A DNA stretch of 64,000 nt from the human T2T-CHM13v2.0 reference genome, Homo sapiens: assembly GCF_009914755.1 (NCBI RefSeq), contig NC_060947.1, one strand, 5' to 3'. This document shows, one piece after another, positions 28,356 to 43,052 of the stretch (position 1 is its first letter; every line of letters starts with the position of its first letter). Below the pieces are notes generated by a model that searched no databases, had not been told where the DNA came from, and saw only the letters and a list, made by a program, of their open reading frames with translations. A program made the translations under genes and the position numbers.

Positions 28356-30366
28356 CTCACTTTTTTTATCAACTCATTGGTTGATGGACATTGAGGGTGG
28401 TTCCATATTTTTGCAATTGCAAATTGTGCTGCTATAAACAGGCATGTGCAAGTATCCTTTTCATATAATGACTTTTTTCCTCTACGTAGATACCCAGTAG
28501 TGGGATTGCTGGATCAAATGTTAGTTCTTTTTTAGTTCTTTAAGGAATCATCATACTGTTTTCCACAGTGGTTGTATTAGTTTACATTTCCACCAGCAAT
28601 GTAAAAGTGTTCTCTTTTCACCACATCCACGCCAACATCTATTATATTTTTGTTTTTTAAATTATGGCCATTCTTGCAGGAGTAAGGTGGTATCGCATTG
28701 TGATTTTGATTTGTCTATCCTTAATAATTAGTGATGTTGAGAATTTTTTATATGTTTGTTGGCCACTTGTATATCTTCTTTTGGGAATTGTCTATTCATG
28801 CCCTTAGGCTACTTTTTGATGAGATTATTTGTTTTGTTCTTGTTGATTTGTTTGAGTTCCTTGTACATTCTGGATATTGGTCCTTTGCTGGATGCATAGT
28901 TTGCAAATATTTTCTCCCACTCTGTGGGTTGTCATTTTACTCTGCTCGTTATTTCTTTTGCTGTGCAGAAGTTTTTAGTTTAATTAAGTTCCACTTATGT
29001 ATTTGTTACTTTTGCTTTTGGGTTCTAGGTCATGAACTATGCCTAAGCCAATGTCTAGAAGAGTTTTTCCAGTTTTATCTTGTAAAATTTTTATGGTTTC
29101 AGGTCTTACATTTCAGTCTTTGATCCATCTTGAGTTGGATTTTGTATAAAGTGAGAGATAAGGATTCAGTTTCTTTCTTTCACCTACATGTGGCTTGCCA
29201 AATATCCCGGCACCATTTGTTGAATAGGGTGTCCTTTGCCTAATTTATGATTTTGTTTGCTTTGTCAAAGTTCAGTTGGCTACAAGTATATTGTTTTCTT
29301 TCTGTGTTCTCTATTCTATTCCATTAGTCTATATGCTGGTTTTTATATCAGTACCATGCTGTTTTGGCAATTATAGCCTTGTAGTATAGTTTGAAGTTGG
29401 GTAATGTGATACCTCCAGATTTGTTATTTTTGCTTAGTCTTGTTTTGACTATGTGGGCTCTTTTTTTTGGTTCCATATGAATTTTAGGATGGTTTTTTCT
29501 AGTCCTGTGAAGAATGATGATGGTACTTTACTGAGAATTACATTGAATTTATAGATTTCTTTTGGCAGTATGTTCATTTGCAGAATATTGATTCTACCCA
29601 TCCACGAGCATGAAATGTGTTTCTATTTGTTTGTGTTGTCTATGATTTCTTTCAGCTGTGTTTTGTAGTTTTCCTTGTAGAGTCTTTTGCCTCCTTGATT
29701 AGGTATATTCCTAATTATTTTATTTTTCTTTGCAGCTGTTATAAAAGAGGTTGAATTCTTGATTTGATTATCAGGTTATTCACCGTTAGTGTATGGCAGT
29801 GCCACTAATTTTCGTATATGGATTTTGTATCCTGAAACTTTACTCAATTTATTTATCAGATCTAGGAGCTTTTTGGAGGAGTCATTAAGGTTTTCTAGGT
29901 ATACAACCCTATCATTTGTTAACAGTGACTTTTTGACTTCCTCTTTACCAATTTGGATGGCCTTTATTTCTTTCACTTATCTGATTTCTCTGGCTAGGAC
30001 TTCCAGTACTATGTTAAATAGAAGTGGTGAAAGTGGGTATCTTTGTCTTGTTCCAGTTCTCAGGGGGAATGCTTTCAACTTTTCCCCCATTCAGTATATC
30101 ATTGGCTGTGGGTTTGTCATAGTTGGCTTTTATTACCTTAAGGTATGTTACCTGTATGCCAATTTTGCTGAGGGTTTTAAACATAAAGGGATGCTGGATT
30201 TTGTCAAATGCTTACACTGCGTCTATTGAGATGATTATATATTTTTTGTTTTTAATTCTGTTTATGTGGTGTATAACATTTTTTACTTATACATGTTAAA
30301 CCAGTCCTGCATTTCTGGTATGAAACTCATTTAATCATGGTGTATTATCTTTTTGATATGCAGTTA

Positions 30367-30498
<132 letters not shown>

Positions 30499-31739
30499 TT
30501 AGGGAGGATTCTCTATCTTTTGGAATAATTTCAGTAGGATTTGCACCAATTCTTCTTTGAATGTCAGAATTCAGCTGTGAATCAATGTGGTCTTAAACTT
30601 CTTTTATTGACAATTTTTTTTTTAATTACGGTTTCAATCATGCTGCTGGTTATTGGTCTGTTCAGAGTTTCTATTTCTTCCTAGTTTAATCGAGAAGGGT
30701 TGTATATTTCCAAGAAAGTATGCATCTCATCTAGGTTTGCTAGTTTGTGCACATAAAGGTGTTTTTCGTGGCCTTGAATGATCTTTTGTATTTCTGTGTT
30801 ATCAGTTATAATATCTCTCATTTTGTTTCTAATTTAGCTTACTCAGATATTCTTTGGTTCTTTCTTAATCTCTCCAATAGAATATCACTTCTCTTTAAAA
30901 TATTTTCAAAGAATCAGCTTTTTGTTTCATTTATGTTTTATATTTTTTGTTTCAATTTTATTTAGTTCTGCTCTCATCTTTGTTATTTCTTTTTTTCTGT
31001 TCAATGTGGGTTTGAGTTGTTCTTGTTTCTCCAGTTCCTTGAGGTTTGAAATTAGATTGTCCATTTGTGCTCTTTCAGCCTTTTTGAAGTAGGCGTTTAA
31101 TGCTATGAACTTTACTCTTAGTACTACTTTTGCTGTGTCCCAGAAGTTTTGATAGGTTGTGTCACTATTATCATTCAGTTAAAATAATTTCTTAATTTCT
31201 GTCTTGATTTCATTGTTGACCCGAAGATTATTCAGGAGCAGTTTGCTTAATTTCCATGTATTTTTTTGAGGGTTCCTTTTGGAGTTAATTTCCAATTTTA
31301 TTCCACTATGGTTTAAGATAGTACTTGATATAATTTTTATTTTCTTAAATTTATTGAGACTTGTTTTGTTGCCTATCCTATGGTCTATCTTGGAGAATGT
31401 TCTATGTGCTCATAAAAATAATGTCCCAATTGCTGATAAAAAAATGTATATTCTGCAGTTGTTGGGTAGAGTGTTCTATAAATACCTGTAAAGTCCATTT
31501 GTTGTAGCGCATAGTTTAAGTTCATTGTTTCTATGTTGGCTGTCGTGATGATCTTTGTAGTGCTGTCAGTGAAGTATTGAAGTCTCCCACAGTTATTATG
31601 TTGCCATCAATCTCATTTCCTAAGTCTAGTAGTAATTGTTTTATAAATTTGGGATCTGCAAATATATATATATATGTAGGAATGTGGTATTTTCCTGATG
31701 GACTAATCTTTTTATCATTATATAATGTCCCTATTTGTC

Positions 31740-32045
31740 TTTTTTTTTTTTTTTTTTTTTTTGAGACAGAGTCTCACTGTGTCACCCAGGCTGGAGTGCA
31801 ATGGCATGATCTCGGCTCACTGCAACTCCGCCTCCCGGGTTCACACCATTCTCCTGCCTCAGCCTCCTGAGTAGCTGGGACTACAGGCACCCGCCACCAC
31901 GCCCGGCTAATTTTTTGTACTTTTTTTAGTAGAGACAGGGTTTCACCGTGTTAGCCAGGATGGTCTGGATCTCCTGACCTTGTGATCCGCCCGCCTCGGC
32001 CTCCCAAAGTGTTGGGATTACAGGCGTGAGCCACCGTGCCCTGCG
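31740..32045 (-). mobile_element. AluY
   Basis: Y diagnostics gggttcacaccattctcc, caccgtgttagccaggatgg; TSD tttgtcttttt. Confidence 0.93.
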
Positions 32046-32316
32046 TCTTTGTCTTTTTTAACTGTTGTTGCTTTAAATTCTGTTTTGCTTGATATGAGAA
32101 TGCCTACTTCTGCTCGCTTTTGTTTTCCATTTGTATAGAAGGTCTTTTTCCTCCTCTTCACCTTACATTTATGTGAACAGAATTTAATGTGTTAAGTGAG
32201 TCTCTTGAAGACTGAAGATACTTGGTTGGTTGGTGAATTTTTATCCATTCCGTCATTCTGTAAATTTTATGTGAGATCATTTAGGTTATTAATATTCAAC
32301 ATTAATATTGAGATGT

Positions 32317-32630
<314 letters not shown>

Positions 32631-32781
32631 CTATATATTATGCTAGTTGTTGCCTGAATAACTTTTATTGTGTTATTGTTTTATAGGCCCTGTGAGATTT
32701 ATGGTTTAAGGAGGTTCTATTTTTGTGTATTCATTTTGTTTCAAGATTTAGAATCCCTTTTCGCATTTCTAGTAGTGCTAA

Positions 32782-33391
32782 TTAAACAGGTAGATGGTCC
32801 ATGGTATCATTGTCTGAGGTGTTATCTGAGCTTATTGTCTCACTGCCAAGAAACTTAAGGAGTATGGACACAAAGGGTGAGGTTCAGCAAAAGTTTAATA
32901 AGCAAAAGTAGAAAGCTCTCTGTAGTGGTGAGGGTAGCACACGTGGGTTGCCATTTTTACAGTTGACTTCAAAAGCTTTTATATGAAACTCCTTTCATCT
33001 CTGTAGCACTTTGAGTAAATTCTCTTATCTGTAAAGCTGTCTGTGTAACTCTCCTTATCTTTGTAGTTGCGGGCACACAAAGCACAGCTTCCCTTGTTTG
33101 TATAACAGTGGGTTTGTTTTAGGTAAGCCTCTCCATCTCTGTGCAAACTCCCACAGAGCCCATCATGTACATGCCTGACATGGAGAAGAAACTTTTCCTG
33201 GGAGCTCTCTAATCACACAAAGAACAAAAGGCTTCTATGCTGGGTGCCCACTTATCTGTGCAGCTGTAGTCTAAGTTTTCTCCAGGCTGTTCTATTTTTT
33301 GCTTGTAGTTGTGATTTTTAAGGCAGGCTGCTTCTCCAAGGGCTGGCCTTAACTGTCTGCCTAACTGATTTTTCCTTTCCATTCTCCCTCA
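32782..33391 (-). mobile_element. ERV1-class solo LTR (MER4-group, subfamily uncertain) inserted in L1 ORF1
   Basis: About 610 bp of non-L1 sequence splits the L1 motif tagtgct|ggcatggtagtggcaaattc; minus strand starts TGAGGGAGAA; ATTAAA (tttaat at about 32895). Confidence 0.7.
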
Positions 33392-36249
33392 CTGGCATGG
33401 TAGTGGCAAATTCTCTCAGCATGTGTTTTTCTGAAAAATACATTATCTCTCCTTTATTTATGAGGCTTAGTTTTGCTGGATACAAAATTCTTGGCTGATA
33501 ATTATTTTGTTTAAGGTGGCTAAGGATAGAACCCTAATCCCTTCTGGTGTTTAGGATTTCTGCTAAAAAATCTGCCGTTAATCGGAAAGGCTTTTCTTTA
33601 TACATCACCTGATGCTTTTGCATCACATCTCTTAAGATTCTTTTCCTTGTCTTCACTTTAGATAACCTGATGACTATGTGCCTAGGTGATGATTTTTTTG
33701 CAATGAATTTCCCGGGTGTTCTTTGAGCTTCTTGTATTTGGATATCTAGATCTCTTGCAAGATCAGGGAGTTTTTTCTGGATTATTTTCTCAAATAAAAC
33801 TTCCAAATGTTTAGATTTCTCTTCTTCCTCAACAACACCAATTATTCTTATATTCAGTCTTTTAACATAATACCAAATTTCTTCGAGGCTGTGTTCATTT
33901 TTTTAAATTCTTTTATCTTTGTCATTGTCAGATTGTGTTAATTCAGCCCTTGTCTTTTAGTGCTGAAGCTCTTTATTATACTTATTTGATTCTATTGTTG
34001 AAACTTTCCAGTGTATTTTGCATATTTCTAGGTTTGTCTTTCATTTCTGGAAGTTGATTGTCTTTATGATATTTATTTCTCTGGAGACTTTTTAAATTAA
34101 TATCTTGTATTTTTTAAAATTTTATTTAAGTTGGTTTGTACCTTTCTTTGGTACCTCCTTGAGTAGTCCTAATAATCAACATTCTGAGTTTTTTATCTGG
34201 CGATTCAGAGATTTCTTCTTTTGTTTGGATCCATTGCTGATAGCTATTTTGATCTTTTGGGGATGTTATAGAACCCAGTTTTGTCATATTACCAGAATTA
34301 TTTTTCTTTTTTTCTTTTTTCTTCTCATTTGGGTTGATTGTTTCAGTGGAAATATCTGGAACTCAAGAGCTGCTGTTCAGATTCTTTGGTTCCATGGGGT
34401 GATCCCTTGATGTGGTGCTCTCCCCCTTCCCCTAGAAGTGGGGAAACTGAGAGCCAGACTGTGGTGATTGTTATTGCCCTTCTGGGTCTACCTACTCAGA
34501 GGGACTACTGGCCTCTGGGCTGGTGTTGGGGAATGTCTGCAAAGAGTCCTGTGATATGATTTGTCTACAGGTCTCCCAGCCATGGATAATAGCACCTGCT
34601 CTGATGGAGGTGGCAGGGCAGTGAAGAGGATTCTGTAGGAGTCCTTGATTGAAGTTTTGTTTAGTGCATTGGTTTTTTTGAATGCTGGTTATGCTAGCAG
34701 TGAATTTGTCAGGTGGACAGATAAAGGACCTCTGATTAGCCATGGTGTTGCAGGTGGTGGAATTATCTGTTATTTTCTCCTTTGGAACAGGATTGTTCTG
34801 TTATGAGTTTCTGTAATGGCTTGAGTTGGTTGGCCTCCAGCCAGGAGGTGGCACTTTTAAGAGAGCACCAGCTGCGGTAGTAGAAGATAGAGGTAAGCAT
34901 GCCCTATTTTGAACAGTAAGTACTCAGGTGATAGGTGGGGCCCTACAGCTCCCAAGAGCTTATATCTTTTGTCTTTGCTTAACAGGGCCAGTAGAAAAAA
35001 TCCATTAGGTGGGGCCAGGGTTAGGCAGGTCGGAGCTCAGACTCTCCTTTGGTGGGGCTTGAGGCAGCCACTGTGGGTGTTGGGAGGGTGGTTCTCAGGC
35101 CAATAGAGTTATGTACCCAGGGGGATTTTTTTGAAAAATCAGTAAAAGTGTTCAAAATACTTGTTAGTAACTTCAGGAAAAGCAGAATGAAAATTTAATC
35201 AACCAATATAAGAAATGAAGGGTGGCATATCACTACAGACTTTCAGACATTGAAAAGGACTTATTATGAATAAGTTTATGCAGATAATTTTGACAACCTA
35301 CATTAAATGGAAGAAATAATTGAGAGACACAAATTATCAAGTCTGCCTCCACTTTTAAGCCTTACATCAATTAATAAAATCAAATTTTATTAAAAATATT
35401 TTCAATATAAATTTGTGTTCTGATGGTTTCACTGGTGAAGTTTATCAAATATTTAAGGAAGACATAATATCGATCATAGTTAAACCCTTTCAGAACATAG
35501 AAAATCAAGAAACATTTCTCACCTCATTTTATGAAGGCAGCATTACCTTGTTTCTAAAACCAGTTGAAAACATCATAAGAAAACTACAGACCAATATCCC
35601 TTGTGAACATGGATACAAAAAATTAAATAGTATCAAATCAAATCCAGTAATAATTTTAAAAATAGCACTACATCACGGTCATGTGGGATTTATCTTGAGA
35701 ATGTAAGGTTGGTTTCACATTTGAAAAACACTCAAGGAGATACATCACATTGATAGAATTAAGGAAAATATCGTATTACCATTTCAGAAGATGCACAAAA
35801 AGTATTTGACAAAATTCATCTCTTTTTTATGATAAAAATTTCTCAGCCAACTACAAATAGATGGGGACTTTCCCAAATTGATTAAGTATTTGTATGAAAA
35901 ATCTACAAGTAGCATGATACTCAGTGATTAAAGTGTCAATATTTTCTACCTAAGTTCAATAAAATATCAAGGATATCCTCTCTGAATACCTTTAACATTG
36001 TACTGGATATCCTAACCAGTGCAAGAGAAAGAAATAAAGAATGCCCTGATTGGATTGGGAGGTAGAAACACTTCCATTATTTGAAAAAATTTGATTGTAT
36101 GGGAATTCACAGATATCTACTAGAACCAATACATTGATTTAACAAGTTGGTATTCTAAAAGGCCAATATAAAAATCAACTCCACATTTAAATATTAATAA
36201 ACAATTAGAAACCATAATTTAAAACTCCTTTCAAAAAAGCATCAAACAT

Positions 36250-36908
36250 GATACTGATGAGGCTACAGAGAAAAGGGAATGCTTATACACTGCTGATGGG
36301 AATGCAAAGTAGTTCAACCACTGTGGAAAGCAGTTTGGTGATTTCTCAAAGAACTTAAAATAGAACTATGGTTTGACACAGCCATCCTACTACAGGGCAT
36401 ACATTCAAAGAAAATAACTCATCCTATCGAAAAGACACATGCACTCACATGTTCATTGCAGCACTATTCACAATAGCAAGGATATGAAATCAACCTAGAT
36501 GCCAATCAGTGCTGGATTGAATAAAGAAAATGTGCTTCATATACACCATGGAATACTACATGGCCATAAAAAATAATGAAATCATGGCCTTTGCAGTAAC
36601 ATGGATGGAGCTGGAGGCCATTATCCTAAGTGAACTAACACAAGATCAGAAAACCAAATACTGTAGGTTCTTATAAATTGGAGCTAAACATTGAATACAC
36701 ATCAATGTAAAGATAGGAACAATAGACACTGGGGACCTCTAGATAGGGAAGGGAAGGGGGGATTATGGGACTAAGACCCACCTGTTGGGTACTATGCTTA
36801 CTTCTGGGGCAATAGGATCATTGGTACCTCAAGCCTCAGTGTCACACACTTTACCCATGTAACAAACCTGCATGAGTACCCTTTAATCTATAATAAAAAT
36901 TAAAATTA
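36250..36908 (+). mobile_element. 5'-truncated L1PA15/16-like 3' fragment
   Basis: Better-preserved L1P ORF2 end and 3'UTR (acccatgtaacaaacctgca...ctataataaaaatt) interrupting the older L1M. Confidence 0.85.
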
Positions 36909-37622
36909 TGAAAACATAGTATTAAAATGAAATAATTAGAAATAAATTTTAATAAAAATATACACTGTAAACTACAAAACATTGCAAAAGTAAATTAAAG
37001 AACATCTAAACAGCTAAACAGATGTGCTCATGGATTGGAAGACTTAATATTATTAAAATGATATTTATCCAAATTGATCTATAGAGACTTTTAATACCAA
37101 TCAGAACACTATTGGGCTTTTTAAATAAATTAACAAGCTCGTTCAAAAATATATATGGAAAGATAAATGATCTACAATAGCTAATTTATCAAAAATCATT
37201 GAATTTTATGTCTAAAATGAGTGCATTTTATTGTATATGAATTACACCTCAATAAAGCTGTTAAGAATAGATAAAACTACACAATCTCTTGTTTAAGACT
37301 TACTATAAAGCCACACCAATCAAGAGAGTGTAAAATTAAATGACATAAGAGTCAACATAGATCAATAGACCAGAATAGAGTCCATAAATAGACTCAAACT
37401 GATATGTTCAATTGATTCTCAATAAAGGTAATTCAGTGAAAAGTAAGTAGTCTTTTCAAGAAATATTGTTGGAACAACTAGATAACTATATGGACAAAAA
37501 TTAACCTCTACTTTTATCTCACACCATAAATAAACATTAATTGAAAGTTACTCAAATACCTTAACTTAAAACAACTAAATTTATTAAACTTCACAAAGAA
37601 AACAGAAGAAAAATTTTCTGAC

Positions 37623-38130
37623 CGTGATAGGCAGACTAATCCACCTCCCTGATCCCCCCCAAAAGATGTTTAAATCCTCATTTCTGGACCCGATAATATG
37701 CTAGTTTAAAATGGCCAAATGCACTATGAAGTTGTAATTAAGCTTATGTACTAGAGATAAGGAGATCCTCCTGGATTACCCAAGTGAGCCAAAACTAATT
37801 AAATGAGTCCTTAAAAGCAAAGAACTTTCCCAGTTGATGTCAACGTCAGGGGGAGATGTGACTATGAAAGTATGATCAGAGAGATTGCATTGCTATCTTT
37901 GAAGATCCAAAAAGAAGCCATGCGCAAAGGAATATGGGCAGCCTGAAGAAGCTGAATAAAGCAAGGAAACAAATTCTACCGTACAGCCTCTAAAAAGAAA
38001 AAGATTCCTATCAACATCGTGGTTTTAATTCAGTGAAATGTGTGTCAGATTTCTGACCTACAAACCTGTAAGATAATATATTTGTGTTGGCTTAAGACCC
38101 TAAGTTTTTGCTAGTAATAGAAATCAATAA
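37623..38130 (+). mobile_element. MLT1 (MLT1D-like) MaLR solo LTR
   Basis: gtgataggcagactaat...cccccaaaagatgt...ctggattacccaagtgagcc...tttctgacctacaaacctgtaagataata. Confidence 0.8.
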
Positions 38131-39459
38131 AGTATCATTGGAGTAAGCAAGAATTTCTTAAAGTTGACAGCAAAAGCACAAATTATAAAATAACTAGGTT
38201 GATCAAAGTTGATGAAATGTATATCACTAGTATTAAAATGACTTTGAATTTCAAGAAAACTTCAACTACAGACTGGAAGTAAAATGTTTGCAAATTATAT
38301 GTGTGATAAAGTGCTTATATCAAAATGTATAAAGAAACCTACAACTCAGTAAGAAGAGAAAAAACTCAATACAAAATAGTCAAAATAATTTTAATAGGCC
38401 CTTCAAAATAAGACAGCCAATGAGCTGATGAAAAGATGGTCAGTAACATTTTGAGAAATACAAATTAAAACCACAATAAGAAACCAATACTCAGTCTCTA
38501 GAATGACAAAATCTAAAAGCAACACAAACATCAATCAGAGAATAGGAAAGAAATATGTGATATATCAATACCATATATTACTATGCAGAAAAAATGAAAA
38601 TGTAGATACATACAACATATATAATCTCAAAAAAGAAGTTAAATACAAGACTAAGCATAGCATGCTTCTATTAATGAAATTCTAGAAAAGGCAAAAATTA
38701 TTATAACAGAAAGCCCATCACTGCTTGTATAGAGTCAAAAATGGGAGAGGCTATTAAATGTGAAAGGGCAAAAGGAAACTTCTTATGGTGAAATAAAAAT
38801 TGTATATATTGATTATGGTGAAGGTTACATGATTGTATAAAATTATAAAATGTCCTCAAATAATTCACTTAAAACTAATAAATTTTATATGTAAATAAAA
38901 CCTCAATAAACAAAATAGAGAGAAATATGCCAAATAATCATTAATTATAGAATCAGGGTATTCAAAACTATAAAATTCATGATGTTTATTCCTACTTTTA
39001 TACATCATCTTCTAGGCTTTACTCTCTCTCAAATAAAGCAACATGTTTTGAAGTGTTATCCCTTCTTAAAATGTTCTTTCCATTATTTCTGTAACAAATT
39101 GTTAATGAATCGTAACCCACACAGTAATATCAATGCTCACAAAACAAGCCAGAGTTTTTGGAATCCAAATTTGTCATAATTAATTTGAGTTTCAAGTTAA
39201 TAATATTAATGTGACACTTCTGCCTTAAAACTAAGATAACAAATATCTTTGGGAGTTTTTCTTCCAATAGACTCCAGTATAAAGCAGAGTATCTGCAGCA
39301 TATTAATAAAATAACTTATTAGTTGGTGCTTCCTAAAAACTGAAATTGTTATCAATATCAGCAACATAGAATATGCCTGAAAAATCACACTGTAAAGTGT
39401 GATATAATTTATCATTTTAATTGTGGTTCAAAATAATCCTCAATCCAATATTTTCCAAT

Positions 39460-41830
39460 TTTTATGTTAAAGCTAAGAATGAGACTTTGTTAATGAAATT
39501 CTGACAAGTTACCCAAAGATAGTAAAGAGATTTGTTTAAGTTGTAAATCCAACAATAGCACAGAGAATGGGATCGGAGGTAGCAGAAGAAACATTTTACA
39601 CAAAAGCAGAAGGATGCACAAAAGCAGTAACTGTTTTCACAGAGCAAGTAAGCTAAATCCTAAACTTGCAGAGGGAAACACTTAAAAACAACCCATTTTC
39701 ATTAGCAAATCCTGAAAAGGCTTGAGAATTGGTGTCACCAGATACCATTCAGACTTAAGAAAGTTCAGTTTAAAAACAGATGGATTAATTAGAAGAAGCA
39801 AATCACAAGAGCGAAGACATAGAATCAACCTAAATGCCCATTAATGGTAGACTGAATAAAGAATATGTGGTACATATACCCAATAGAATAATATGCAGAC
39901 ATAAAAAGAAATGAGATCATGTCATTTGCAACAACACGGATGGAGCTAGAGGCTGTTATTCTAAGCAAATTGATGCAGGAACAGAAAACCAAATACCATA
40001 TGTTCTCATTTATAAGTGGCAGCTAAATATTGAGTACACACGGATACAAAGTAGGGAATGACAGACCCTGGGGTCTGCTTAAAGGTGGAGGGTGGCAGGA
40101 GGGGAAGACTGAAAAACAACCTATACAGTACTATGCATATTACCTGAGTGATGAAATAATCTGTACAACAAACACCCATGACAAACAATTTACCTATGTA
40201 ACAAACCTGCACGTGTATTCTTGAACCTAAAAGCTAAATAAATTAAAAATTAAAAATTAAATTATAATTTTCAATGTAGAAGTTTTACCTGTAGATTTTT
40301 TATCTTACTAATTTTTGTATAATTGTTTCATTTTGACTTTGGAAAGTTAATAGATGTTTTATAGTGATCCCTAAACAGCACTATTTTGACAATGTAAATC
40401 TTAGTAAAGTACATTGATTCTAAATATTTTTAAAATAAAATTTAACAAAATGGCAAAAAAAAAAAAAATTAGAAGAAGCAATTACATCCCCAGATCTCCG
40501 ATTCTCAATTAACCTGGCAACTTTCTCTTCCCAACAAACACTCCTCCCCTCCTCAGTAGAACACTAACAGTTTATTTACTGAAAAGAATAAAACAGATTT
40601 TCTGAATTTGGGGACTCAAAGCAGAATAGAACACAGTAGTTTCATACTGAAAACTAGTGGGTTAAGTGAAAATTTCCATATTAAATTATGCATTCATCTT
40701 TTTTCCCCATTCAGTTCCTAGAAACTTGGCATCTAGGAACATATTATCCTGGCACGATTTGGAAATCATCTTTTCTGAGAAAACTGACTACTCCAAGACA
40801 ACACTACTTTAAATGTATTTATATTATTGATCCCTTAAGGAAATGGCCCTAGCAGATGACTCTAATGTGAAAACTGCAGTGAACAAATCCCACTCATGCA
40901 CAGAGCTTCTGTGAAGATTTTCAGTGTCCACTTTTGAAGGAAATGTAGCCATATATCATTAGAAATTTGGGAAACATTCAATATAAAGGACAAGCAAAAA
41001 CAGAGAAAAGAGTATTTTGGACACAAAGAATATGCAGGGAAAAATATTTTAAAACTGCAAATAATATTCTCACTGTGATAAGAATATATTATTTTATTAA
41101 ACAAAATAGAAAGCCACAACAATAATATTCAGAGGACCAAATATTACTCCTGGTACTTAAAAATGTTATTGCAAATATGTAAAACTCAATGGAAGGTTTG
41201 AAAGATGAAAATATTTTTCAGGAAGCAGAACTAAAAGAGATAAAAATAGATAATAATACAATAGGGTAAAATTAGGGGACAGATTCCAGTATCTGTCCCC
41301 TAATTTTACTAAATTGTAAGAGTTACAGAAAGAGTACAAAAAGAAATGTAAGATAATAAATGAAAAGAAAAATTGAGAGAATGTCATAGAACTGATATTT
41401 ATAGCTTTCATATTGGCAGAGGCCATCAAATGGCCAGAGGATAAAATAAAAATTAACCTTTATCAAGGCATATTATTATAAAATTTCATAATACAGGAGA
41501 AAAATAAATGACTCTGCAAGCTCCTATAGAATGGGGAAAAAAAAGAAAGTCTTCAAGGAAAGATTAAGAAGAGTAGTAGAATGGCCTTGGACTTCTCAAG
41601 GAGGGCGTGGATGCTATAAGACAGTTAAGCAATGCTTTCATAATAGTGAAAGAAAATATGTTCCCACTTAGAAACCTATGCTCAAAGAGTCTGTTACTCA
41701 AATGTGAAGGGAGAACTGAAACAGTTTTAGATTTTTAAGCTTTAAATAGGAGAATTCCTATGTAACCTGTTCTAGGATGTTTATGTTCCACTTAAACAAA
41801 GGAGTAAAAACCTAGAAAGAGAAAGATACT
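39460..41830 (+). mobile_element. Ancient L1M/HAL1-like 5' region and ORF1 remnant
   Basis: 41400-41760 resembles ORF1 C-terminal sequence (atcaaggcatattattataaaatttc...ttggacttctca...gcaatgctttca); boundaries approximate. Confidence 0.55.
39802..40466 (+). mobile_element. 5'-truncated L1PA 3' end carrying a ~190-bp 3' transduction
   Basis: L1 39802 to ~40242, decayed A-tail, non-L1 sequence, AATAAA 40434-40439, A14, all inside the perfect TSD aattagaagaagcaa. Confidence 0.88.
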
Positions 41831-41904
41831 TTTGAGACTCTTGTTATCGTCATGTGTATAAATAGGTATCTATGTATAAAGTACACTTAATTTTCACCAG
41901 AATT

Positions 41905-43052
<1,148 letters not shown>

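Larger units (their letters stand above)
35126..38910 (+). mobile_element. Old L1M ORF2 plus 3'UTR, decayed, with two nested inserts
   Basis: ORF 35413-35706 DGFTGEVYQIFKE...SFYEGSITL.LKP is L1 ORF2; 3'UTR ends cctcaataaa at about 38910. Confidence 0.85.

Noticed and set aside
28003-28437. Y/I/H/V-rich ORFs on both strands
   Set aside because: Translations of the microsatellite.
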